From assembly GCA_964623495.1 (NCBI GenBank), contig CAZUTV010000002.1, forward strand, positions 18,789 to 82,788: a stretch of DNA of 64,000 nucleotides, in the 5' to 3' direction. The notes beneath the pieces are model-generated. The model saw only the letters and a program-made list of their open reading frames with translations, had not been told where the DNA came from and searched no databases. Shown here in pieces: positions 7,300 to 17,194 of the stretch (positions are counted from its first letter, which is position 1; every line of letters begins with the position of its first letter). The position numbers were made by a program, and so were the translations under genes. Source of the DNA: Candidatus Woesearchaeota archaeon. GTDB lineage: Archaea; Nanobdellota; Nanobdellia; Pacearchaeales; GW2011-AR1.

Positions 7300-8550
7300 A
7301 TGAAAAAGGATATAGATCATATTTTTGATTCTTTTGATAAGGAATCTCTGTTTAGAGACAAATCCCTATTACAGATTAACCATATTCCTAGCGAGATAGT
7401 TCATAGAGACGATCAAATTAAACAAATTGCGTCTATACTTGCTCCTGTTTTAAGAGGGGAGAAAACAAGCAATTTATTCCTTTATGGCAACACCGGTACA
7501 GGAAAGACCCTTTCTGTTCTATTTGTCAAAGATCATTTAATTAAAAGAGCGGATAAGAACGACGTTAAACTTAAAATAGAATATCTTAACTGCAAACTTA
7601 AGAAGGTTTCTGATACAGAGTACAGGATTCTTGCAGAGCTTATTAAGAAGTTGGGAAGTGAGGTGCCTCAAACAGGGCTGCCAACAGAAGCGGTTTATAG
7701 TAAATTTATTGATGTTGTTGATAAAGATAAACAGCTTGTTGTGCTTATTTTAGATGAGATAGACCAGGCCGTGAAGAAGATCTCGAGTGATTTCCTTTAC
7801 AATTTAACAAGATTAAATTCAGAACTCTCTAAATCTCAAATCTGTCTTGTTGGAATAAGCAACGATTTAACGTTTTTAGAGGAGCTTGATCCAAGGGTGA
7901 AGAGTTCGCTTTCAGAGGAAGAGATAGTCTTTTCCCCCTATAATGCACTCCAACTTCAAGACATCTTAACAAAGAGGGCCGAGAAAGCCTTTAAAGAGGG
8001 GGTTGTACAGCAGGGCGTTATTGCCAAATGTGCGGCTTATGCTGCCAGAGAGCATGGAGATGCGAGAAGAGCATTGGATCTGCTGAGGATAGCAGGAGAA
8101 CTGGCTGAGAGAGAGACTTCTAAAAAAATAACTTTAAAGAATATTGATGACGCCAATCAAAAAATTGAAAGAGATAAGATCTTAGAATCTATAAAAATTC
8201 AGCCCAAACAATTTCAGCTTGTTTTATACGCGATCATTAAACTTCAAGAAGCAAGAAAAAAAGGTGGGGGTGGGCAGAAGACCCTTAATTCTGGGACGAA
8301 AGGAGAGCCCATTTTTACTGGCGATGTTTTTGATTCATACCAGCAGTTATGCCTGCAGAACAAGTTAGAGGTTTTGACACAGAGAAGGGTTGGAGATATT
8401 TTGCAGGATTTTGATATGCTCGGAATAATCAGTGTGAGGGTGATTTCAAAAGGGAGAGGGGGAAGAATGAGGGAAATTAAACTAGCTATCTCTGATCCAA
8501 TTGTTGGCAAGGCAAAAGAGATCATTCAAGAATCATTAAATTACCATTAA
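7300..8550 (+). CDS. cdc6: Orc1/Cdc6 replication initiator
   Basis: Walker A GNTGTGKT, Walker B LILDEID, GDARRALDLLR, and a C-terminal wH domain with SKGRGGRMR. Confidence 0.97.
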   Translation: MKKDIDHIFDSFDKESLFRDKSLLQINHIPSEIVHRDDQIKQIASILAPVLRGEKTSNLFLYGNTGTGKTLSVLFVKDHLIKRADKNDVKLKIEYLNCKLKKVSDTEYRILAELIKKLGSEVPQTGLPTEAVYSKFIDVVDKDKQLVVLILDEIDQAVKKISSDFLYNLTRLNSELSKSQICLVGISNDLTFLEELDPRVKSSLSEEEIVFSPYNALQLQDILTKRAEKAFKEGVVQQGVIAKCAAYAAREHGDARRALDLLRIAGELAERETSKKITLKNIDDANQKIERDKILESIKIQPKQFQLVLYAIIKLQEARKKGGGGQKTLNSGTKGEPIFTGDVFDSYQQLCLQNKLEVLTQRRVGDILQDFDMLGIISVRVISKGRGGRMREIKLAISDPIVGKAKEIIQESLNYH

Positions 8551-8585
8551 ATAGAGGAAAAATGAAAGAGGAGTATGGCAAAAAA

Positions 8586-8632
8586 TTCATGCTCCATTTG
8601 CAAATAAATAGGGATGAAAATGAAAGATGAGT
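8586..8632 (+). repeat. Hairpin/mini-ORF element (family A), divergent copy
   Basis: TTCATGCTCCATTTGCAAATAAATAGGGATGAAAATGAAAGATGAGT resembles 39171-39217. The mini-ORF 8562-8630 ends ...ENER* with its TGA overlapping the HIT gene ATG. Confidence 0.65.
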
Positions 8633-9070
8633 GACGAAAAAAAATGTGTGTTTTGTGACATAAAAGAGAGCATTAATACCCGGATAATTGAAGAAACAAA
8701 AAACACTTATACTATTTTGAGCAATCCTGCATTAATGAAAGGACATTGCCTTGTGATCCCAAAAAAACATGTTGAAAGTTTATCTGAGCTAAATGACGAT
8801 GTTAGGCAAGAGCTTTTTGAACAGGTAGTTAGGATGCAGTCCTTATTGATAAGGAAATTCATGGGCTGTGATATAAGGCAGAATTACCGGCCTTTCCAGA
8901 AACAAGACGATCTTAAGATAAATCATCTTTATATCCATCTTCAACCGAGAGAGCTTTATGATGAACTTTATGAAAAGTGCATGATCTATGAAAAAGATGT
9001 TTTTAAAAAACTGAGCCAGGAGCAGTTAGATGAAGATAAAGAATTTGTTTTGAGAGAAGTGAAAGTATAA
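8627..9070 (+). CDS. HIT family protein with a degenerate triad (HLYIH)
   Basis: CVFC, GHCLVIPKKH, and HLYIHLQPR in place of HxHxH. Confidence 0.8.
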   Translation: MSDEKKCVFCDIKESINTRIIEETKNTYTILSNPALMKGHCLVIPKKHVESLSELNDDVRQELFEQVVRMQSLLIRKFMGCDIRQNYRPFQKQDDLKINHLYIHLQPRELYDELYEKCMIYEKDVFKKLSQEQLDEDKEFVLREVKV

Positions 9071-9071
9071 T

Positions 9072-9101
9072 CGGCCTTTTTAAAAGAAAGTTCCCAAAAC
9101 C
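9072..9101. repeat. Intergenic repeat family B, copy 1
   Basis: CGGCCTTTTTAAAAGAAAGTTCCCAAAACC, similar to 30431-30463. Confidence 0.55.
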
Positions 9102-9104
9102 AAA

Positions 9105-10649
9105 ATGGAATCAAAAGAGATATTGAAATTTCTGATGCAGCAAGGTTTGTTAGTGGATAAAGAACTCCTAAAGATCTTTAGTGATGAAGAAGATCTTGAT
9201 TCTGTTAAACTTATTGTTGAAAAACTTAAAAATTCTACACACCAAAAGATAATCACCAAAGAGGTTTTAGAAAGAAACAAAGATCAGGTGGGAGTTATAC
9301 TCTCTTCATTACCCCAAGAAAATCAGGAAAAGCTAGAAAGTTTGAAAATCAAGCTTGGACTGACTTTGGAGATTTCCAAGGAAGTCATTTTAAAGAAAGA
9401 GGAAGAAAAGCCAATTTTGAATGAGGGTTCTGTGAGAGTCCAGGCTATGAATTATCCTTTAGGGAAGAAGTTTGAGGTCAAAGACTTTGTGGCTTATTTT
9501 AGGAATCGTTTTGCAGAAATTAGGGGGGTTTTGCAAGATCATTCTGTGTTGGACAATTTAGTTTCTATAAACAAGATTTCCGGTAACAGACAAGGAATTT
9601 CTGTTATTGGGTTAGTTTATGCTAAGGCAGTCACAAAAAACCAGAACATAATTTTTGAGATAGAAGATCTAACTGGAAAGATAAAGGTGTTGGTGAATAA
9701 GAGCAAAGAGGAGTTGCATAAGAAGGCTTTAGAGATTCCTCTTGATGCAGTTGTTGGATTTAAGTGTGCTGGAAATCGGGAAATACTTTTTGTTAATGAT
9801 ATTGTTTTTCCGGAGGCTGTTTTGCTTGAAAGAAAGAAGTCCCCTGTTGAAGAATGTGCAATTTTTATTAGTGATGTGCACATGGGGAGCAAGAACTTTA
9901 TGCGCGATGGATTTATGAGGCTTATGGAGTACCTAAATAATCACCCAGAATCCAAGAAGATAAAATATCTTTTTATTGTGGGAGATCTGATTACCGGGGT
10001 TGGAAATTATCCCGATCAGGAGAAAGATCTCGCAATTGTCAATTTAGAAGATCAATATACTTCTGCTGCAGAGCTTCTTGGAAAAATCCGAAAAGATATC
10101 AAAATTATCATCTCCCCCGGAAATCATGAAGGAGTTAGGTTAATGGAACCACAACCTTTATTTGATGAGAAATATGCTTGGGCACTGTATGACCTTGAAA
10201 ATGTGTTGCTTGTAGGGAATCCCGCAATAGTGAATATAGGTGCTGTTCCGGGGTTTAATGGATTTAATGTTTTACTTTACCATGGATTTTCGTATCCTTT
10301 CTTTGCAGATAGTGTTTCGAGGCTTAAAGAAGAGAAGGCAATGAACTCTCCCGAAAAAATAATGACTTATTTGTTAAAATTTAGGCATCTTGCCCCAACT
10401 CACGGCAGCGTGCAATATTTTCCTGGAGAAACCGACTGCCACTTTATTAGAGACATTCCAGATATCTTTGTTTCTGGGCATACACACAAGAGCGCAGTGA
10501 CTTACTATAATAATGTCCTGGTTATCTCTGGATCTTCTTGGGAAACCTTGACCCCTTATCAAGAAAAGTTTGGGAATACCCCAGACCATTGTAAAGTTCC
10601 TTTAATAAATTTGAAGACGCGCGAGGTGAAAATACTTGATTTTGAGTAA
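9105..10649 (+). CDS. polB: DNA polymerase D small (proofreading) subunit DP1
   Basis: OB fold plus calcineurin-like phosphoesterase motifs SDVHMGS, GDL, PGNHE, YHG, RHLAPTHG and GHTH; located between cdc6 and DP2. Confidence 0.95.
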   Translation: MESKEILKFLMQQGLLVDKELLKIFSDEEDLDSVKLIVEKLKNSTHQKIITKEVLERNKDQVGVILSSLPQENQEKLESLKIKLGLTLEISKEVILKKEEEKPILNEGSVRVQAMNYPLGKKFEVKDFVAYFRNRFAEIRGVLQDHSVLDNLVSINKISGNRQGISVIGLVYAKAVTKNQNIIFEIEDLTGKIKVLVNKSKEELHKKALEIPLDAVVGFKCAGNREILFVNDIVFPEAVLLERKKSPVEECAIFISDVHMGSKNFMRDGFMRLMEYLNNHPESKKIKYLFIVGDLITGVGNYPDQEKDLAIVNLEDQYTSAAELLGKIRKDIKIIISPGNHEGVRLMEPQPLFDEKYAWALYDLENVLLVGNPAIVNIGAVPGFNGFNVLLYHGFSYPFFADSVSRLKEEKAMNSPEKIMTYLLKFRHLAPTHGSVQYFPGETDCHFIRDIPDIFVSGHTHKSAVTYYNNVLVISGSSWETLTPYQEKFGNTPDHCKVPLINLKTREVKILDFE

Positions 10650-10669
10650 GATGGGAGGGAAGATGAAAG

Positions 10670-10897
10670 ATGGATAACAAACATATTGTTGCTGTGACCG
10701 GGATTGTGATTAAAGACGGAAAGTTTCTTATTACGAGGAGAAATCTGAATAAGAAAGCATTTCCGGGCAAGTGGACTGTGCCTGGCGGAAGACTTGAGGT
10801 GGAAGATTATATCCGTCTCCCTAAGGATACTAAAGACCATTGGTATAATGTTCTTGAGAATGTTTTGAAAAGAGAGGTAATGGAGAAACTAGGATGA
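10670..10897 (+). pseudogene. Truncated NUDIX hydrolase
   Basis: FLITRR...FPGKWTVPGG...LKREVMEKLG* stops at the end of the Nudix box; the stop overlaps the DP2 start. Confidence 0.7.
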
Positions 10898-13800
10898 ACA
10901 CGCAAGAATACTTCAAAAATTTGGAAAAGGAAGTTAAGAAGGTTTATGAAATAGCTCAAAAAGCCAAAGATACTGGATTAGATCCCAGCGACAAGGTAGA
11001 AATCCCTCTTGCAATGAGCATGGCTGAAAAAGTTGTTGGATTAATATCTACAATTTATCCGCAGATGGAGAATAGTGGGATAGCTAAGAGGATTCTCGAG
11101 TTAGAGAGAGAGTATGGAAAATTAGATCCTACTGTTTCTTTTAAGATTGCCGAGGAGGTTGCAAAGCAGAAGTTCTGCCAATTCAAGAGTGTTTTAGAGG
11201 CTGTGGATGCAGGGATAAGAATTGGTTTCGCCTATGCCACTCTTGGCGTGGTATCTTCGCCAATTGAGGGATATACTGGGATACAGCTTGGTAAAAGAGC
11301 AGACGGAGGAGAGTATCTGATCGCAAATTTTTCTGGACCAATAAGAAGTGCAGGAACAACTGCAAGCTGTCTCGTTTTAATCTTAATAGATTTTTTAAGA
11401 GAGATGTTTGGTTATCAGAAGTATGACGCTACAGAAGAAGAAGCTAAAAGATATGTTATTGAACTTACAGACTATCATGAAAGAATAACTAATCTTCAGT
11501 ATATGCCCACCGAACAGGAAATTTTATTCCTTGCAAAGAATCTTCCGATACAAATCTCTGGAGAGGAATCAGAGAAGATCGAGGTTTCTAATTTTAAGCA
11601 CCTTCCAAGAATCAATACCGGCTTTATCCGCGGGGGAGTTTGCCTTATTATGGGGGAGGGTCTGGCGCAGAAAGCTGCCAAAGGATTTAGACTTTTGACT
11701 ATGGTAAAGAAGAATGGAATTGTGGCGAGCGGTTTTGATTTTCTGCCCGATTATGTCAAATTACATGAGAAAAGAGATAAAGGAAAGACAGATAGCTCTC
11801 CGACTTACATCAAGGATTTGGTTGCAGGGAGGCCGGTTTTTGGACATCCTTCAAGATCAGGAGGGTTTAGGTTTAGATATGGGAGGGGGAGAGTTTCTGG
11901 ATTTAGTGCAACTTCAATGCATCCTGCAACAATGGCAATTGTTGATCATTTTATTGCAACAGGAACTCAACTTAAGGTTGAAAAGCCGACAAAAGGGTGT
12001 GTTGTCACTTCCTGCGATTCGGTTGACGGACCAATAGTAAAACTTTTTAGCGGAAGTGTTAAGAAAGTGAGGAGCCAGGATGAAGCAAAGAGATTTTATC
12101 CTGATGTTGAAGAGATTATTTATTTGGGAGATATACTCTTTCCGTTTAGCGATGTTGCAAATAGGAATGCAGAGCTTATCAGGCCAGGATATGTTCCGGA
12201 ATGGTGGTATTTGGAGTTAAAGAATAAAAATAAAGATTATGGTGGAGATTATTTTAATGTTTCCCTAGAACAAGCGATTTCTTTTAGTAAAGATTATGAA
12301 ATTCCCTTGCATCCAGAGTATATCTTTTACTGGAATGAAATAAATATTGAAGGATTTTTGGGATTAATTGAGTGGCTTAAAAACTCGAGGATAGCCAAGA
12401 AAATAATCTTTCCTTATAATAAATCAGAGCAAGAAAAATTTAAGCTCGGTAAGAGATCTTTAGAACTTTTGGGCGTTGAACACGAGGTTACTGTGGAGAA
12501 TGTTGTTCTTAATGAGGAAGCAAGCAAGGCTTTATGTGTTAATCTTGGAATTGATCCCGAGATCTTGGAAAATGATGGCTTTTTAAGAGACTTTTTTGAT
12601 TTTGAAGCCTTCAAGATAAATTTAGAGGCTCAACCTCTTGAAATAGTGAATTCTTTATCTAGTTTTAAGATTAAGGATAAGTCCGGAGAGTTTATTGGGG
12701 CTAGAATGGGGAGGCCTGAAAAAGCAAAGTTGAGAAAGCTTACCGGGAGCCCGAATGTTCTTTTTCCTGTCGGAAATGAAGGCGGAAGAGTGAGGAGTGT
12801 TAATGAGGCTTGCAATGTTGGGAGTGTTAGGGGGTCTTTTCCAAATTATTTCTGCGAGAGGTGTGGTAAGGAAACCATATATCCAAGTTGTGAAAATTGT
12901 GGCAGCAAGTGCAAAAGAAGATTTCTTGAGTTATTTGAGGGAAAAGGAAAAGTTTCCTATCAAAATCTGAATTTGGATATAAATCATTTTTTTAATAAGG
13001 CTGTTGAAAAGTTAAACTTGTCAAAAGAGGAGATTCCTGCTTTGATAAAGGGGGTTAGAGGATTGTCTTCTGATGGGAAAGAAGTTGAGCATCTTGCTAA
13101 GGGAATTCTAAGATCTATTTACGGCTTGCAAGTCAATAAAGATGGGACAATAAGATATGATGTTACTGAGCTGCCTTTGGTTTGTTTTAAACCCAAAGAA
13201 GTTTTTGTAAGCGTTGAAAAACTGAAAAGCCTCGGATATAACGAAGATATTTATGGGAAAGAACTTGTTAGTGGGGAGCAGATTTTGGAGTTAAAACCCC
13301 ATGACATTGTTCTTCCCGCTTGCCCAGAATCTTTGGACGAGAAGGCAGATGACGTTTTTTTAAGGGTTGCGAGTTTTGTTGACGAAGAACTTGTGAGATT
13401 TTATGGCTTAGAGCCGTTTCATAGGGTTAGAAAAAGAGAGGACTTGGTGGGACAGTTAGGGGTTTGCATGGCCCCACATAATTGTGCAGGAGTTATCTGC
13501 AGGTTTATTGGGTTTTCTAACACTTTAGGACTGCTTGCAAGCCCGTATATGCATGCTGCAATAAGGAGAGACTGTGATGGAGATGAAGCTGCGATTATGC
13601 TGCTTAGTGACGTATTGCTTAATTTTTCAAGAAAATTTCTTCCTAGCCATAGAGGAGGAACCCAAGATGCCCCCCTTGTGCTAAACGCAAAGATTGATGC
13701 AGGAGAGGTTGATGATCAGATCTTGGATTTTGAATTTTTATATGAATATCCTCTGCAACTTTATGAGCTTGCTGAGAGGAAAGAGCATTCTTCTAAGGTG

Positions 13801-14322
13801 GATTTTTATAATGTAAGAAAGATTTTGAAAGAAGGAAAAGATCCGTTTATCGGTGCAGGATTTACCCATAATACTGAAGATTTTAATGACGGCGTTTTAT
13901 GCTCGAGTTATAAAACTCTTGCGACAATGCAGGACAAAGTCGGGCATCAGATGGAGTTAGTTGAAAAGATAAGGGCTGCTGATACAGAGGACACTGCAAG
14001 ACTTATTATTGATAGGCATTTTATGAGAGATATTAAGGGAAATTTAAGGGAATTTTCTCTGCAAAATTTCAGATGCGTCGCATGCAACGAGATAATGAGG
14101 AGGCCCCCTCTAACAGGAGTTTGCTCTGCCTGCGGAGGAAAAATAATTTTTACAGTTAATGAAGGTGGAATAAGGAAGTATCTTGACCCTGCAATAGAGC
14201 TAACAAAGAAGTATAATCTCTCGGGATATGTCAAGCAAAATCTTGAACTTGTTAAGAGTTTTGTTGATAGTATTTTTGGGAGAGAATTGGAAAAGCAAGA
14301 AAGCATAAGCAAGTGGTTTTGA
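10894..14322 (+). CDS. polC: DNA polymerase D large subunit DP2
   Basis: GPIRSAGTT, GGFRFRYGR, GARMGRPEKAK, catalytic RRDCDGDE, and a C-terminal Zn finger CVAC...CSAC. Confidence 0.97.
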   Translation: MNTQEYFKNLEKEVKKVYEIAQKAKDTGLDPSDKVEIPLAMSMAEKVVGLISTIYPQMENSGIAKRILELEREYGKLDPTVSFKIAEEVAKQKFCQFKSVLEAVDAGIRIGFAYATLGVVSSPIEGYTGIQLGKRADGGEYLIANFSGPIRSAGTTASCLVLILIDFLREMFGYQKYDATEEEAKRYVIELTDYHERITNLQYMPTEQEILFLAKNLPIQISGEESEKIEVSNFKHLPRINTGFIRGGVCLIMGEGLAQKAAKGFRLLTMVKKNGIVASGFDFLPDYVKLHEKRDKGKTDSSPTYIKDLVAGRPVFGHPSRSGGFRFRYGRGRVSGFSATSMHPATMAIVDHFIATGTQLKVEKPTKGCVVTSCDSVDGPIVKLFSGSVKKVRSQDEAKRFYPDVEEIIYLGDILFPFSDVANRNAELIRPGYVPEWWYLELKNKNKDYGGDYFNVSLEQAISFSKDYEIPLHPEYIFYWNEINIEGFLGLIEWLKNSRIAKKIIFPYNKSEQEKFKLGKRSLELLGVEHEVTVENVVLNEEASKALCVNLGIDPEILENDGFLRDFFDFEAFKINLEAQPLEIVNSLSSFKIKDKSGEFIGARMGRPEKAKLRKLTGSPNVLFPVGNEGGRVRSVNEACNVGSVRGSFPNYFCERCGKETIYPSCENCGSKCKRRFLELFEGKGKVSYQNLNLDINHFFNKAVEKLNLSKEEIPALIKGVRGLSSDGKEVEHLAKGILRSIYGLQVNKDGTIRYDVTELPLVCFKPKEVFVSVEKLKSLGYNEDIYGKELVSGEQILELKPHDIVLPACPESLDEKADDVFLRVASFVDEELVRFYGLEPFHRVRKREDLVGQLGVCMAPHNCAGVICRFIGFSNTLGLLASPYMHAAIRRDCDGDEAAIMLLSDVLLNFSRKFLPSHRGGTQDAPLVLNAKIDAGEVDDQILDFEFLYEYPLQLYELAERKEHSSKVDFYNVRKILKEGKDPFIGAGFTHNTEDFNDGVLCSSYKTLATMQDKVGHQMELVEKIRAADTEDTARLIIDRHFMRDIKGNLREFSLQNFRCVACNEIMRRPPLTGVCSACGGKIIFTVNEGGIRKYLDPAIELTKKYNLSGYVKQNLELVKSFVDSIFGRELEKQESISKWF

Positions 14323-14876
14323 TTATTTTCTGAAAGATTGAAAGAATAAAACCCCACCAATAATCATTAAAGCTAAAGACAAGAAAAAACTTATGCTTAT
14401 TGCTGAAGAGTTTATTGCTATGACGTTGCCTGTTGGAGCTACAGTTTCTTCATAAAGAATAAAAAAAGACCTGCAAGGATGAAGAGGAATGATGAGAGTT
14501 TGGTGACGAGACCGGTTTTCTCCTTTTTCTCGCGTTCTCTCATCATTCTTCTTCCCTCTCTTGTTAAGAGATATCGGTCGTCTATTATATGGGAGAATTC
14601 TCCCGTAATGGTTCCTGTTTTGCCATATCTACTCCTTCTTAGTATACCTTGATTTTCTAATTCCTTTAATGTTGCCATTACTCTATATTCTTCTGCTTTT
14701 GTTTTAGGTTTTTGTCTTAGTATCATGTAATTTCTTGCATCCCACCCTTCAGGAGACCCTGGCTGCTCTCTATGTGGTGGATAGTGTATGTAGAAAAAAT
14801 CTAAGAGTTCTTTTTGATCGGCATTTAGATCTTCCCAACTAACCCTTTCTTTCTCTTTTCTCTCAAACAATCCCAT
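14323..14876 (-). CDS. Membrane-anchored winged-helix-like protein with its C-terminus in the -1 frame (frameshift at the A7 tract 14461-14467)
   Basis: ORF 14439..14876 ends just after TM1. The -1 frame continues FFILYEETVAPTGNVIAINSSAISISFFLSLALMIIGGVLFFQSFRK* to 14323, matching the architecture of 31730..32236. Confidence 0.6.
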
Positions 14877-14922
14877 TTTATATTAAATTCCTTATTTCTT
14901 TTAAATATTTCCATGCTTCTTA

Positions 14923-16107
14923 TTAGAACAAATACAATAAAATTGTCGGTAACAACAAACAGCCCATCATATTTGTTCGCTTAACTCCTAGGGTTATACA
15001 ATAGATTCCTGTAAGTGTTGATGCAATTAAAACAATGAATCCGAAAATCCCGGAAAATCCTAAAGTAATTAGTGAAAGGATTATTAAGATTATCTTTGAA
15101 AGCAGAGAATAATTTATTTTATTTATTCTTTTAGAGAAGAATTTTGCAAGGTGTTTTGTTAAGAAATATGAAATTATTCCAGAGATTAAAACAACAATTA
15201 AAATTAAAATAAGGATTTTTGCGGAGGGTTGACCAATTATCTCTTGAATTGCAACAGCCATTCCTGTTCTAGTTTTTGAAATAGTATATAATGCTAGAAA
15301 TGAAAAACCCATGACCAAGGTGTTTGTTGCTCCGAGCAGTATTAGAAATCCTTTTTTATCTGATTTTGAGATTGAATTGCCAAGAATTGCAGCCTGCCCA
15401 CTACCTAAGCCAGGAAGAAATCCGCATAAAGGGCTTGAAATTAAAGAGGCAAGGATTGGCTTTGTCGTTTTTACTTTTATTTCCTTTAGATCTTGTTTTG
15501 GGATTTGGGTTTTTGTTTTTATACTCAGGATTAAACTTGAGGATCCAAACAAGCCTGTTAGAAGAGGAAGTAGAGGTTCTTTTAAATCTAAATTTAAAAC
15601 GCTTAATCCTAAAAAACCCGTGAGGATTACAACCAGAAGAGCCTTAGCTTTGTTTTTTTCTGTGAATACTAAAAATATTACCGCCAGTATAAGAAGAAGA
15701 GGGATTATCTTTTGAATGATGGGATAGATTTCTGAAATTAAAAAAATTAATGGAAAAGAAATCAGCAAAAAAAGTAAAATTGCAATTAAACAGCCTTTTA
15801 TTGAAAGCATTACTGCAGCATAGCCTTTTCCTTCTTTAAGCAGCTCGTGGCCGGGCAAGATACTCAACTCTGTATCGGTGTTTGGGCAACCAAGAAATAT
15901 TGAAGGAATAAAATCCAGGAAAGTATGGGTTATTGCCATTGCAACAATAAAAACAACAAGATATGCTGGCTGGATTTTAGATAAAATAGTTGTGGATAAA
16001 GAAACTAAAAAAGCACCTATAAGATTAATATGTATGCCGGGAAATAAGCCAGAGAAAGTCCCCGCAAAAATACCCAAGATTAGGAATATTATCAATTCTA
16101 TTAGCAT
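14923..16107 (-). CDS. TctA-like (tripartite tricarboxylate transporter permease family) membrane protein
   Basis: GTFSGLFPGIHIN, FLDFIPSIFLG, LSILPGH and LPGLGSGQAA repeats; polytopic. Confidence 0.8.
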   Translation of the reverse strand: MLIELIIFLILGIFAGTFSGLFPGIHINLIGAFLVSLSTTILSKIQPAYLVVFIVAMAITHTFLDFIPSIFLGCPNTDTELSILPGHELLKEGKGYAAVMLSIKGCLIAILLFLLISFPLIFLISEIYPIIQKIIPLLLILAVIFLVFTEKNKAKALLVVILTGFLGLSVLNLDLKEPLLPLLTGLFGSSSLILSIKTKTQIPKQDLKEIKVKTTKPILASLISSPLCGFLPGLGSGQAAILGNSISKSDKKGFLILLGATNTLVMGFSFLALYTISKTRTGMAVAIQEIIGQPSAKILILILIVVLISGIISYFLTKHLAKFFSKRINKINYSLLSKIILIILSLITLGFSGIFGFIVLIASTLTGIYCITLGVKRTNMMGCLLLPTILLYLF

Positions 16108-16148
16108 ATAATAAAAAGGTTTAATAATTAATAATGTTTGTTTTGTGG

Positions 16149-17159
16149 ATGGATAAAATTAATCTTGTCACCAGGAATCTGCAAGAGATTATCGGCAAGG
16201 AAGAGCTGCTGAAAAAGCTAAAATCTAACAGCAAGCTTTCCTTTTACTGGGGGACAATGCCTACAGGAAGCGTTTCTTTTGCATATTTCTTTCCTATGAT
16301 GAAGATTGCTGATTTTTTGAGGGCAGGAATTAAGGTCAAGATTTTGCTTGCGGATTTGCATGCGGCCCTTGATAGTGTGCCTTGGGAGATCTTGGATAAA
16401 AGAACAAAGTATTACGAGAGAGCAATAATTCTTATCCTGCAGACATTAAAAGTTGACTTAAAAAAATTAGAATTTGTCAGAGGTAGCCAGATTCAATTAA
16501 ATAAAAATTATCTTAACGATCTTCTTAAGCTGAGCACCCTGACAACAATTAATGAAGCAAAGCACTCTGCTGCAGAGGCGGTGAAGAGCGCAAGCGGCGA
16601 AAATGTAAAACTTTCTGGATTAATATATCCCTTAATGCAGGCCTTGGATGAAGAATACCTTGGGGTTGATGGTCAGTTTGCAGGACTTGATCAGAGAAAG
16701 ATTTTGGTTTATGCTCGAGAGTTTCTCCCCAAAATAGGATATAAACCAAGAATAGAGTTAATGACTCCTATGATAAGGGGGCTTGTTGGGGAAAAGATGA
16801 GTTCCAGCATTGCTTCCTCTAAAATAGATCTTTTAGATGATGAAGAAACTGTAAGAAAGAAGGTGAATAATGCAGATTGTATTGCCGGAAATCTTAATAA
16901 TGGATTGATGGATCTTATGAGATATCTCATTTTTGTTTTGAAGGAAGAGGGAAAAGAAGTTCTGGTTGTTGAAAGATCTACGAAGTATGGGGGAAATTTA
17001 ACTTATAAGAATTATCAGGAACTTGAGAAAGATTTTTTAAATAAAAAATTGCATCCGTTGGATTTGAAAAATACTGTGTCGAGAGAGATAAACATTCTTC
17101 TTAAGAAATTTAGGGAAGATAAACAAATTCATCTTTTGTATAAAGAAGCTTATAAATAA
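16149..17159 (+). CDS. tyrS: Tyrosyl-tRNA synthetase (archaeal type)
   Basis: YWGTMPTG, LLADLHA, IYPLMQALD, GLDQRKI, KMSSS and LHPLDLK. Confidence 0.92.
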   Translation: MDKINLVTRNLQEIIGKEELLKKLKSNSKLSFYWGTMPTGSVSFAYFFPMMKIADFLRAGIKVKILLADLHAALDSVPWEILDKRTKYYERAIILILQTLKVDLKKLEFVRGSQIQLNKNYLNDLLKLSTLTTINEAKHSAAEAVKSASGENVKLSGLIYPLMQALDEEYLGVDGQFAGLDQRKILVYAREFLPKIGYKPRIELMTPMIRGLVGEKMSSSIASSKIDLLDDEETVRKKVNNADCIAGNLNNGLMDLMRYLIFVLKEEGKEVLVVERSTKYGGNLTYKNYQELEKDFLNKKLHPLDLKNTVSREINILLKKFREDKQIHLLYKEAYK

Positions 17160-17194
17160 CATAGCTTTTTAAATAATCAAAACTTGTTTTATTT

